From NCBI GenBank assembly GCA_023246355.1, contig JAHFIQ010000001.1, positions 17,887 through 81,886 on the forward strand: 64,000 bases of DNA, given 5' to 3'. A program made the position numbers and the translations under genes. Positions 47,650-56,858 of this stretch are shown piece after piece (within the stretch, counting starts at the first letter, position 1; every line of letters starts with the position of its first letter). The stretch is from Candidatus Uhrbacteria bacterium. Its GTDB lineage: Bacteria; Patescibacteriota; Patescibacteriia; UBA9934; GWF2-40-263. The notes under the pieces were generated by a model. That model did no database searches. It was not told the origin of the DNA and saw only the letters and a program-made list of their open reading frames with translations.

Positions 47650-50067
47650 TTATGATCTCATTGTAGCACCAAACTCTTTTGTGAGCACGTGGCGGATCTT
47701 TTCAATCTCACGATCTACTTCTTGTGAAGTGAGCGTTCGCTCTGCCGAGCGGAACGAGAGATGAATCGCCACGGATTTTTTGCCTTCTTCAATCCCTTTT
47801 CCCTGGAAGACATCAAAGAGCTCGACATGAACAAGGAGTGACGATGCCGCACGCACCGCTGCCTCCAGAGCCCCGTAGGCTGTCCGTGCCTCTACGACAA
47901 ATGCCACATCACGCTTGGCATCAGGAAATAGTGGGATGGGTGTAAAAGTCTGTCCTGCGCGAGCTCGCTGTGTGAGTTCTGTGACATTCAACTCACAGAC
48001 GGCCACACGATCCATTCCCAAACTCTTTGCTGCAGGGGCATCCACCTCAGCGACAACGCCAATCTTTTTTCCGCTCACAAGGATATCCGCGCATCTGGCC
48101 GGGTGCATCCAAGATGCAGGAGGCGTTGGAGTAAACTCAACGGCACATCCCTCTTGCGAGAGAAGATCATGCATCATCGTTCGAACATGCACAAACGGGG
48201 ACTCATCCCCATGAGCCGAATACGCCACCGCTAAGTGATACGGCTGCAAAGGCAAACGACCTTTTTGCCCGTCTTCGTCACCTTTCCTTTCCCCAAAAAA
48301 TACGCGATCGATTTCAAACAAGGATACGTTTGGAAACGAATGCTGATTCATGGCCACGGCTTCCAAAAGATTTGGCAGCAGCGAACGGACTAGATACGGA
48401 CGATCAGAGGCAAGAGGATTCGCGAGTTTCAAATGCTCTTTTGGATCGAAACCAAGCGCAGCGAGCGTCTGGGGAGACACGAACGCGTACCGATAGACTT
48501 CTGTTGAGGCGAGCTCTGAGGCAAGCGTATGCCGCAGTCGACGGGAGAGTAAACGCACTGGATCTTGGACAGGCGGTGCGATCGAAAAGGATGGCAGCGA
48601 GGAGACGATGCGATCGTATCCCCAAATACGCGCCACTTCTTCGATCAAGTCTTCTTTGATCGAAACGTCTTTTGTGGCACGCCAAGATGGAATGGTGACG
48701 CTCAGGTGTTTTGCTTTTGTTTTCACAGTGAATCCAAGCCTAGACAGGATATCGGTTATCTCTTTTGTAGAAATCTCCACGCCAAGAAATCCACTCACGT
48801 CTGATACTGAAAGCGAAAGAATCACCGGCTTTGGCTTTCGAGGAAACACGTCAACGATCTTGGATGCGACTCGAGCACCAGGACAGAGTTTTGACATGAG
48901 CTCAACCGCGCGAGAAAGCGCCAAGGCACACAGCTCAGGATCCAAGGACTTCTCAAAACGCGCTGAGGACTCAGAACGCAGTCCTAACTTCATGGAAGTC
49001 TTGCGCACACTCACCGGCGAAAAATTTGCCGATTCAAACACGATGCGAGTCGTCTTCTCGCTCACGCCACTGCCCTCACCTCCCATCACTCCTGCAATCG
49101 CCATGGGCTTTTCACGGTTGGCGATCAGAAGCATCTCCGTGCTCAGCTGATAGGTTTTCTCATCTAGCGCCGTAATCTTTTCTTTTGGTTTGGCTGAGCG
49201 GACAACAATGCTCTCACCCAACACATCCGCATCAAACGCGTGCATGGGCTGACCGAGTTCGAGCATCACCGCATTGGTCACGTCCACGACATTGTTGATC
49301 GATCGCACACCGCAAGACGACAATCGTACTCGCAACCACTCAGGTGATGGAGCGACCGTGATCCCGTCCATCGCAAGAGCCATATAACGCGGGCAGAGTC
49401 CTGGCTCATCGATCACAACAGAGAGATTGATCCCTTTACCTGGCTTCAATCGTTGTAGACGAGAGGATACAAGAGGAATGCGATACAACGCGGCCACTTC
49501 GCGTGCCATGCCATAGTGTCCCATCAGATCAGGACGGTTGGTAAGAGACTTATGCTCGATATCAAACACAACATCATCCCGACCAAGTGCTTTTGAGAGT
49601 GGTGTTCCTGCCTTGTCCGAAATTGCACTGAGATCCATGATCTCGTGTTCGCCTTCGCTGCTCTTTTCAATCCCGATTTCGATCCCAGCACAAATCATGC
49701 CCTCACTTTTTTCCCCACGAATCTTCGTAGGTGCTAGCTCTACCAACTCACCTTCCCCATGCCATTTCACTCGAGCGCCCGGCAACGCCACCGCGACCTT
49801 CATGCCTTCTGCCACATTCGTGCCTCCGCAAACAATCTGCGTTTCTCGTGAACCAACATCCACGCGACATAACTTCAGTCGATCAGCGTTTGGGTGGAGC
49901 AAGACGGCCTTCACAACTCCCACGACCATCTTATCCATGGCCTGTGCTTGATCGATCACCTTCTCGACTTCCACCGTAGAAAGCGTAATCCTCTTGGCCA
50001 AATCAAAATCTGAGACCCCTTTGGGGAGCTTCACAAACTCTGACAGCCATTTTTTTGAAATCAACAT
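47650..50067 (-). CDS. pheT: phenylalanyl-tRNA synthetase beta subunit
   Basis: Start set at the internal Met MLISKKWLSEFVKLP.... The upstream extension in the track ORF is translation of the palindromic element. B3/4, B5 and FDX domains are present. Confidence 0.9.
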   Translation of the reverse strand: MLISKKWLSEFVKLPKGVSDFDLAKRITLSTVEVEKVIDQAQAMDKMVVGVVKAVLLHPNADRLKLCRVDVGSRETQIVCGGTNVAEGMKVAVALPGARVKWHGEGELVELAPTKIRGEKSEGMICAGIEIGIEKSSEGEHEIMDLSAISDKAGTPLSKALGRDDVVFDIEHKSLTNRPDLMGHYGMAREVAALYRIPLVSSRLQRLKPGKGINLSVVIDEPGLCPRYMALAMDGITVAPSPEWLRVRLSSCGVRSINNVVDVTNAVMLELGQPMHAFDADVLGESIVVRSAKPKEKITALDEKTYQLSTEMLLIANREKPMAIAGVMGGEGSGVSEKTTRIVFESANFSPVSVRKTSMKLGLRSESSARFEKSLDPELCALALSRAVELMSKLCPGARVASKIVDVFPRKPKPVILSLSVSDVSGFLGVEISTKEITDILSRLGFTVKTKAKHLSVTIPSWRATKDVSIKEDLIEEVARIWGYDRIVSSLPSFSIAPPVQDPVRLLSRRLRHTLASELASTEVYRYAFVSPQTLAALGFDPKEHLKLANPLASDRPYLVRSLLPNLLEAVAMNQHSFPNVSLFEIDRVFFGERKGDEDGQKGRLPLQPYHLAVAYSAHGDESPFVHVRTMMHDLLSQEGCAVEFTPTPPASWMHPARCADILVSGKKIGVVAEVDAPAAKSLGMDRVAVCELNVTELTQRARAGQTFTPIPLFPDAKRDVAFVVEARTAYGALEAAVRAASSLLVHVELFDVFQGKGIEEGKKSVAIHLSFRSAERTLTSQEVDREIEKIRHVLTKEFGATMRS

Positions 50068-50079
50068 AGTGAGATGTTT

Positions 50080-50188
50080 GATCTGTGCAAAACGATGCCT
50101 GTTCTCCTCAGGACCTGTCCGACCCCACACAAACATTCTGTGGGGCTCGCCAGGCCGTTCGTCGAACATTCATCGTTTTGCACAGATC
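50080..50188. repeat. palindromic intergenic element copy 2 (18-bp perfect arms; core in reverse orientation)
   Basis: Arms GATCTGTGCAAAACGATG / CATCGTTTTGCACAGATC; the core is the reverse complement of the core of copies 1 and 3. Fills the pheS-pheT spacer, and its right arm overlaps the pheS stop. Confidence 0.8.
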
Positions 50189-51215
50189 AAAATTGATTCA
50201 AGAAACGCAGGTCGCCACTTTCAAAAAGTCGAATATCGTCAATGCCATACTTGAGCATCACCAAGCGCATGAGTCCAAACCCAAACGCAAATCCGGAATG
50301 CGTCTGAGGATCTACTCCCCCCTCGCGCAACACGTTTGGATGGATCATGCCAGCTCCAAACACTTCGAGCCAACCGGATTTCTTACACAATCGACACCCA
50401 TCGCCCTTGCAAAGATAACACGTGACTTCGCCATTCACACCTGGCTCAACGAATGGATAAAATTTGGGACGTAGACGGATCTTCGTCTCTTGCCCATAGA
50501 GATGTTTCCCCACGGCCTCCAGCACCCCCTTCAAATGCGCAAACGAAATGCCGCGGTCAACGACCACACCTTCAATCTGATGCAAGGTATGTTCGTGGCG
50601 GACATCGGTCGCTTCGTTTCGAAAGCAACGTCCAGGAACAATCATCCGAAGTGGCACGCCATACTCTCGCATGCCGCGGATTTGCACCGGCGAGGTATGC
50701 GTTCGCATCACTACTCCCTCATGACCTTTCACATAAAACGTATCCTGCATATCGCGAGCTGGATGGGTTGGAGGGATGTTGAGCGCCGTAAAGTTAAAAA
50801 AATCACTTTCCATTTGCGGGCCGTCAGCCACAATAAACCCCATCGACGTAAACAAATCCTCAAGGTCCTCCCGCACCTGCGTAATCGGATGCAGATGTCC
50901 TTTTGGATGTGACGTCATCTCTGGCTGTGTGACATCGATCCACTCCCCTGAAGCCTTCGATGCCAAGGAAGCCTTCGATGCCATTTCGATTGCCTCCGCG
51001 TACGCCGTTTCGATCGCCTCCTTGACTTCGTTCACCATCGCCCCCACCAGCTTGCGCTCCTCCTGTGCCAAACTCGCCATGTCTTTCATGGCCGCATTCA
51101 GCTTTCCACGGCGACCCAAAAATTCTGTCTTGAGTTGTTCAAGTGCATCGCGATCTGTCACCTTCGCCACAAGATGCAAAAAATCTTTTTTGACGTGTTG
51201 AAGCTGCTCCTTCAT
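50187..51215 (-). CDS. pheS: phenylalanyl-tRNA synthetase alpha subunit
   Basis: 342 aa with class II motifs and the PheS-specific region. Confidence 0.9.
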   Translation of the reverse strand: MKEQLQHVKKDFLHLVAKVTDRDALEQLKTEFLGRRGKLNAAMKDMASLAQEERKLVGAMVNEVKEAIETAYAEAIEMASKASLASKASGEWIDVTQPEMTSHPKGHLHPITQVREDLEDLFTSMGFIVADGPQMESDFFNFTALNIPPTHPARDMQDTFYVKGHEGVVMRTHTSPVQIRGMREYGVPLRMIVPGRCFRNEATDVRHEHTLHQIEGVVVDRGISFAHLKGVLEAVGKHLYGQETKIRLRPKFYPFVEPGVNGEVTCYLCKGDGCRLCKKSGWLEVFGAGMIHPNVLREGGVDPQTHSGFAFGFGLMRLVMLKYGIDDIRLFESGDLRFLNQF

Positions 51216-52327
51216 ATCGAAATGAGATTTTTTATCGCTCCCAAGATCTCGTCACTAAACGTCACCAGGTCTTTATAGGTCACCAGCACGACCAAGACCA
51301 TCAGGAGCATGAACCCGAGATTGTGTGCGGCGATCTCAACACGTTGGTTCACAGGACGACCACGAAGTTTCTCGAGAAAGAGGAACAACACCCGTCCACC
51401 ATCAAGCGCTGGGAAAGGAAAGATGTTGATGATCGCCAGGTTAATCGACAGGATCGCGGTGAACTGGAGCAGATACACGAAGCCCATGGCCGCGACCTGT
51501 CCGGTCATCACCGCAATGCCAACCGGACCGGAAAGATCAACACCAACGTGCTGTGTGATAATGAGATCACGAATCAAACCATAAAAGGCGGCGACAACTT
51601 CGCCGGTAAGTTGAATCGTCGTCCACACACCCTGACCGATCGCCTGAAAAAACGGATACGAAACCAAACCCGTTGTCACGAATGCCAGACCAACGCCCGT
51701 GGTGTCAACGCTTTCGAGATACTCACTCGTCAGAGCAGAGGTCGAATACGTCCCATCGGACTTCTGCACCACAAGTTGGATACCTTCACTTGAATGCTGC
51801 GCCATGTATTCACGCGCCTGTGCATCAGAAACAAAGACCTGGCCGTCCACGGAAACAATCTCGTCACCCGCGACGATCCCAGCGACCGCAGCCGGTGAAC
51901 CATCGACGACTTGCATGACCGTGATTGCTTCCTCAGAAACCCGAGCACTGTTTGGCAGTGTCTCATCAACCACGCTTGGGAGACCACTCATGTACCCGAT
52001 CGAAAACAGCACCATCGCGAGCAAAAGATTCATGGCCACACCTGCCACCAGGACGAGAAATCGCTGCCAGGCTTTTTTTGAGGCAAAGCTGTCGTGATCT
52101 CCTGCATGCTCTCCAGACTCGCCTTTGATCTTCACGAAACCTCCCAGCGGAATCCAGTTGATCGAATACATCGTCTCCCCACGCTGCACTCCCCACAACC
52201 TTGGCGGAAATCCAAACCCAAATTCTTCCACCTTCATGCCCATCCGTTTGGCCACAATAAAATGCCCAAACTCGTGTACGAAGACGAGAAGCGAGAGAAC
52301 AAGAATGAATAGCAAGAGTGTGCCCAT
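51212..52327 (-). CDS. rseP: RIP metalloprotease RseP (site-2 protease)
   Basis: HEFGH zinc motif in TM1, PDZ domain and LDG motif. Confidence 0.85.
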   Translation of the reverse strand: MGTLLLFILVLSLLVFVHEFGHFIVAKRMGMKVEEFGFGFPPRLWGVQRGETMYSINWIPLGGFVKIKGESGEHAGDHDSFASKKAWQRFLVLVAGVAMNLLLAMVLFSIGYMSGLPSVVDETLPNSARVSEEAITVMQVVDGSPAAVAGIVAGDEIVSVDGQVFVSDAQAREYMAQHSSEGIQLVVQKSDGTYSTSALTSEYLESVDTTGVGLAFVTTGLVSYPFFQAIGQGVWTTIQLTGEVVAAFYGLIRDLIITQHVGVDLSGPVGIAVMTGQVAAMGFVYLLQFTAILSINLAIINIFPFPALDGGRVLFLFLEKLRGRPVNQRVEIAAHNLGFMLLMVLVVLVTYKDLVTFSDEILGAIKNLISI

Positions 52328-52329
52328 AG

Positions 52330-53532
52330 TTACTTTGTCACTCGCACAAAATATCTTTTTCCTTTTTGAATGAGGGCGCCAGAATCTACCACACGCTCCT
52401 GATCCTCAACCACGACATCGTTTACTTTCACTCCCCCTCCATCGATGAGACGCCGCGCGTCGGTCTTTGAGGAAGCAAAACTGACTTCGACAAGGAGATC
52501 TAAAATCTTCATCGAGCCTTTTACGCGAACCTCCTGAATTTCCTCAGGTGTTTCTTTTTTTTGAAACAGCTGATCGAAACGATCGGACGCGGCTTGTGCC
52601 TCTTTGTCTCCATGATAAAACCCAACGATCTTACGAGCCAAGCGTGCTTTCAGATCTCGCGGATTCACTTCTTCACGAATGAGGGATTTGGAAATCGCCA
52701 CGACTTCGTCCATAGGCACATCCGTGAGTAATTCAAACCCGCCGACGATCATCCCATCGGTCCAGCTCATCACTTTGCCAAACATCTCGTCGCTGGAATC
52801 GGCGAGTGTGATCATGTTGCCTTCGCTCTTACCCATCTTTTTTCCTGTGGGATCCGCGAGGAGCTTATCGGTGATGACGAACTTTTCCTTACCACGCATG
52901 GCTTTCATCAGATCGCGGCCGGCAAGCATGTTAAATGTCTGATCATTTCCACCGACTTCTCCGTCTACGTCCATCGCAACACAATCGTAGCCCTGCATGA
53001 GTGGATACAGAAATTCGTGCAGATGAATCGGCTTGCCTTCCTTCATCCGATTTTCAAACATATCGCGTTCAAGCATTTGTTGAACGGTAAAATGCGCAGC
53101 GACTTCGATTACTTCGTTAAAGTTGAGCTTGCTGAGCCACTCAGAGTTGTACTTGAGCTCTACCGGGTTCTTTCCACCGAAGTCTAAAATTTTACTTGCT
53201 TGCTGTTTGTAGTGCTCTGCATTTTTGAGTACCTCCTCTCGTGTCAGACGTTTGCGCGCCGCTGATTTGTCTGTTGGGTCACCGATCATGCCGGTAAAAT
53301 CGCCGATGAGCAGAATCACCTTGTGGCCTAGATCTTGAAACTGTCGAAGCTTGCGCAGTTGAATCGAGTGGCCGATGTGGAGATCTGGTCCTGTTGGATC
53401 AATGCCAAGATAGAGTGAAAGCGGTTTGCCTTCTTTGAGACGCGACTCCAAAAACTCGGGCGACGGATAGACATGTTCCACTCCCCGCGTGAGCAGCTCT
53501 TCGATTTTTTGTGGATCAGTTGAGACGGCCAT
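52330..53532 (-). CDS. tyrS: tyrosyl-tRNA synthetase
   Basis: HIGH (HIGHSI) and KMSKS (KMGKS) motifs; C-terminal S4 domain. Confidence 0.9.
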   Translation of the reverse strand: MAVSTDPQKIEELLTRGVEHVYPSPEFLESRLKEGKPLSLYLGIDPTGPDLHIGHSIQLRKLRQFQDLGHKVILLIGDFTGMIGDPTDKSAARKRLTREEVLKNAEHYKQQASKILDFGGKNPVELKYNSEWLSKLNFNEVIEVAAHFTVQQMLERDMFENRMKEGKPIHLHEFLYPLMQGYDCVAMDVDGEVGGNDQTFNMLAGRDLMKAMRGKEKFVITDKLLADPTGKKMGKSEGNMITLADSSDEMFGKVMSWTDGMIVGGFELLTDVPMDEVVAISKSLIREEVNPRDLKARLARKIVGFYHGDKEAQAASDRFDQLFQKKETPEEIQEVRVKGSMKILDLLVEVSFASSKTDARRLIDGGGVKVNDVVVEDQERVVDSGALIQKGKRYFVRVTK

Positions 53533-53535
53533 AGA

Positions 53536-54375
53536 TTACTTCCCCAATCGTTTTTTATCTTCAGATTTTTGTAGATAATTCTTCTTTGAGACGACAGAAC
53601 GACCAAGGCGTTTCTCCAGATTCTTTCTTGCCCCTCCAGCGATATCTCCACCAGCCTTAGCGTCCGCACGCAATTTCTTTACCCCTTTTGAATCTTCTGT
53701 ACGGTGAATTTCCGTTGTCGCTCGCTCACCAAGCATGTTGAAAATAAGTTCAAAGTCATCCATGTGATCACGTAGGTTTTCCCGCTTGAGACCTTTGAGT
53801 TTTTTATACTCACTTGGCGTAACGCCAAACGTGGCTTTGGAAATTTCCGCAGTCAAAATTTCATAATCTTGTCGATCTTTCGCCCCTCGATTTTTCCATT
53901 CTTCCGTAAGCTCCTCACGAATAACAATGCCACGCATTCTTTTTTCTATCCAGTCTTCATTGTAGCCCTTAAGTTTGTAGAGCATCCTCGTCCTTTTTGT
54001 GGCCAGCTCTGGATTTTCAATTTCCTGCACTCGTTCATATCCAACCTTTGCCAACCAACGCTTAAAAGGTTCGGCTTTGGGGGATGGAATCGACTGAATG
54101 AGACGAAAAATACCTTCTGTGTCAGCACAGTCGGTTTCGTACTTTTTGCCGTCTGATGCTTCCAGTTTCAGTTGTCTACAAATTGTAGACAACTGAAACT
54201 GGCTTTCATCATGAACCCTAGCTTTCATCGCCGTCCAGTACTTACTGGGTTGAGAACTGTCTGTCAGTGCTTCAATAACATCCACAACCGAAAACCACCA
54301 CTCCCCCTGATGGAGCGTCCTTCGAATTTTCTTTCCCTTAAACAGGGCAATTTTTTGGATGTTCGTTGAATCCAT
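53536..54375 (-). CDS. Bro-N domain / DinD-like (DNA damage-inducible protein D family) protein
   Basis: 279 aa; the N-terminal Bro-N-like region and the C-terminal region resemble DinD. Confidence 0.55.
   Translation of the reverse strand: MDSTNIQKIALFKGKKIRRTLHQGEWWFSVVDVIEALTDSSQPSKYWTAMKARVHDESQFQLSTICRQLKLEASDGKKYETDCADTEGIFRLIQSIPSPKAEPFKRWLAKVGYERVQEIENPELATKRTRMLYKLKGYNEDWIEKRMRGIVIREELTEEWKNRGAKDRQDYEILTAEISKATFGVTPSEYKKLKGLKRENLRDHMDDFELIFNMLGERATTEIHRTEDSKGVKKLRADAKAGGDIAGGARKNLEKRLGRSVVSKKNYLQKSEDKKRLGK
54162..54202. repeat. 41-nt perfect palindrome (20-bp arms) inside the DinD-like CDS
   Basis: CCAGTTTCAGTTGTCTACAA-A-TTGTAGACAACTGAAACTGG; encodes ...QFQLSTICRQLKLE.... Confidence 0.8.
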
Positions 54376-54381
54376 ACTACT

Positions 54382-55203
54382 TTAGAGGAGCGCAAGCCAT
54401 TCACGAATCAATTTCTTCGTGTCCTCTGGTCCTTCCACGGCAATGGTGTCGATCCCTGTGCGCTTCACCGGTTCATCGTTACCGCCTTCATACAGAGCGT
54501 CGCCCGTAAAAATCATTTTTTGAACATCCACGCCAAGGTGATCGACCATCTGACCAATGCCATAGCCTTTGTCAATGCCTTTCATCGTGACATCAATGGA
54601 AGACTTCCCAGGCACTTTCACTTCAAATTCTGGTAGGTACTCCTTGAGTCTCGCTACGATTTCCCATCTTCGATCCTGGGGAGAACCTTTATACGCCTCC
54701 TTCAACTCAACTGGGGCTTGTTGACCGAGCGCCGAAAACGTCACTTGCGTTCCACGATCCTCGATGACCTGACCATATGTTTTTTCTGGATGCTTATAGT
54801 GAATATCCTTGAACGCCATTTCGAATGCATTTTTAATTTTGGTCCGTTGCTCGATCGAAAGCTGATGAGAATAGACTGTTTTCCATTCTCCATTTTCATA
54901 CCGCAAAAAATGAGCACCGGAGGTCGGAAACAAAAACAAATTGCCAAAAAGATTCTCATGCCCCTGAAGACTCTTCAATAGTTGCTCTTCCGTCACGGGA
55001 AACCATCCACCCCCAATGACCGCGACTTTCCGTTTTTTTAGCAACTCTGAGAAGAGACCAGCCATTTCTGCATCCATTGGAGTCTTGCTTCTGTTTAATG
55101 TTCCATCGAAGTCAAACACGAACAATTCCTTTTGACGAATATCACGAGTCATAATTGACGATTGTGGCTGAATCACGTACGATTTAAGAGAATTAAACAT
55201 CAA
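54382..55203 (-). CDS. HAD-superfamily hydrolase (HAD-IIB-like)
   Basis: Motif I FVFDFDGTL; C-terminal GDALYEGGNDEP (motif IV). The start may be the internal Met at ~55152. Confidence 0.65.
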   Translation of the reverse strand: MMFNSLKSYVIQPQSSIMTRDIRQKELFVFDFDGTLNRSKTPMDAEMAGLFSELLKKRKVAVIGGGWFPVTEEQLLKSLQGHENLFGNLFLFPTSGAHFLRYENGEWKTVYSHQLSIEQRTKIKNAFEMAFKDIHYKHPEKTYGQVIEDRGTQVTFSALGQQAPVELKEAYKGSPQDRRWEIVARLKEYLPEFEVKVPGKSSIDVTMKGIDKGYGIGQMVDHLGVDVQKMIFTGDALYEGGNDEPVKRTGIDTIAVEGPEDTKKLIREWLALL

Positions 55204-55208
55204 TTTCT

Positions 55209-55760
55209 ATGGAACTCCTTTGGGCTCTTGTCATTGTTGTCGTCCTGCTCGCTGTGTGGCTCATTCTAACATACAACGGGCTGGTCACCTTCCGAAATCG
55301 GGTGGAAGAAGCCTGGAGTGATATCGAAGTGCAGATGAAGCGTCGCTATGACCTTATCCCCAACCTGGTAAATACGGTGAAGGGCTACGCCGGTCACGAA
55401 GATAGTGTTTTCACAAAGGTCACCGAGGCTCGAGCCGCTGCCATGGGAGCCAGAACCATGAAAGAACATGCTGCCGCTGAGAACATGCTCACCGACACGT
55501 TGAAATCTCTTTTTGCTGTCTCGGAAAGTTATCCTGCTCTGCAAGCCTCACAAAACTTTTTGCAACTCCAACACGAACTCACGGACGCGGAAGACAAAAT
55601 CCAAGCCTCTCGCCGTTTCTACAACACCAATGTCCGCGACTACAACACCAAGCTCCAAGTGTTCCCAACCAACCTGATCGCTCCCACATTTGGATTTACC
55701 AAACGCGAATTCTTCGACGCACCAGACGTGGCGCTTGAGACTCCTGTCGTAAAATTCTGA
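55209..55760 (+). CDS. lemA: LemA family protein
   Basis: 183 aa with N-terminal TM; LemA pattern (YNGLV...RRYDLIPNLV). Confidence 0.8.
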   Translation: MELLWALVIVVVLLAVWLILTYNGLVTFRNRVEEAWSDIEVQMKRRYDLIPNLVNTVKGYAGHEDSVFTKVTEARAAAMGARTMKEHAAAENMLTDTLKSLFAVSESYPALQASQNFLQLQHELTDAEDKIQASRRFYNTNVRDYNTKLQVFPTNLIAPTFGFTKREFFDAPDVALETPVVKF

Positions 55761-55767
55761 GTTTACG

Positions 55768-55860
55768 AATCAAGCATGAGTGGCACGGTGTCTGCCCCTG
55801 ATCGGCAGCGCAGCGCCAGCGAGCACCGGCAGGGTCTGCACCGTGACGAGGCTCATGCTT
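55768..55860. repeat. GC-rich nested inverted-repeat structure between lemA and htpX
   Basis: TCAAGCATGAG...CTCATGCTTGA outer stem, CACGGTG/CACCGTG inner stem and a CTGCC-CCTGATC-GGCAG hairpin. Confidence 0.6.
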
Positions 55861-55877
55861 GAACGGAAACTCCTGAT

Positions 55878-56759
55878 ATGTACTCCCAAATCGACGCCAA
55901 CAAACGCAAGACCTGGCTGCTCATTTCACTCTTTACAATTGTGATCGTGGGATTGGGTTGGTTCTTTGGTGAATACACAGGCGCTGGCAACGTCGGCATT
56001 ATCGTGGCTGTGCTTCTGGCAACGTTCATGAACCTGACGGGATACTTCTGGGGCGACAAGGTGGCGCTCGCGTCCTCAGGCTCAAAAGAAATTCAAAAAA
56101 CGGACAACCCACGTCTCTACCGCATGGTGGAAAACCTCGCCATCACCTCGGGCATGGCCATGCCAAAAGTCTATGTGATGAACGATCCCTCTGCCAACGC
56201 CTTTGCCACAGGACGGGATCCGGAACACGCTTCTGTCTCGGTGACCACAGGGCTTTTGGACATCATGGACGACAATGAATTGGAAGGCGTCCTTGCCCAC
56301 GAACTGTCACATGTTAAAAACTACGACATCCGCGTGATGACCATCGTCATCGTGCTCGTGGGTATCGTGCTGCTCCTCTCGGATATTCTGATGCGCACCA
56401 TGTTCTGGGGTGGTCGCGATCGCGACAATCGTGGAGGCGGCATCCTCTTGATCATTGGGCTCGTGCTGGCGATCCTGTCTCCGTTTTTTGCCGAGCTCAT
56501 CAAACTCGCTGTCTCACGCTCTCGTGAATACTTGGCCGATGCCTCTGGCGCCATGCTCACGCGCTATCCGGAAGGCTTGGCAAAGGCGCTTGAAAAAATT
56601 GCCCTTCATGATCGTCCTCTTAAACGCGCCAACCACGCCACGGCCCATCTGTTCCTCGCCAATCCCTTCGATCCTCATGTCACAAAAAAGTTTGAACAGC
56701 TGTTTTCCACACATCCACCGATCGAGGAGAGGATTGCGAAGTTGAGAACGATGATATAA
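55878..56759 (+). CDS. htpX: protease HtpX (M48 zinc metalloprotease)
   Basis: HELSHV zinc motif; 4 TM helices; the lemA-htpX pairing. Confidence 0.85.
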   Translation: MYSQIDANKRKTWLLISLFTIVIVGLGWFFGEYTGAGNVGIIVAVLLATFMNLTGYFWGDKVALASSGSKEIQKTDNPRLYRMVENLAITSGMAMPKVYVMNDPSANAFATGRDPEHASVSVTTGLLDIMDDNELEGVLAHELSHVKNYDIRVMTIVIVLVGIVLLLSDILMRTMFWGGRDRDNRGGGILLIIGLVLAILSPFFAELIKLAVSRSREYLADASGAMLTRYPEGLAKALEKIALHDRPLKRANHATAHLFLANPFDPHVTKKFEQLFSTHPPIEERIAKLRTMI

Positions 56760-56855
56760 AGGTGGAATAGGTGGACAAGGTAGACAAGGTGATCCCCGAC
56801 TCCGAACTCCGAGCACCTTTTCCACCACATCCACCTTCCCACCTCTTCCACCTTC
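56760..56855. repeat. TCCACCT micro-array, locus D (AGGTGGA arm then CCACCT x4 ending 3 nt before the clpC ATG)
   Basis: aggtggaataggtggacaaggtagacaaggtga ... ttttccaccacatccaccttcccacctcttccacctt. Confidence 0.75.
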
Positions 56856-56858
56856 CTT

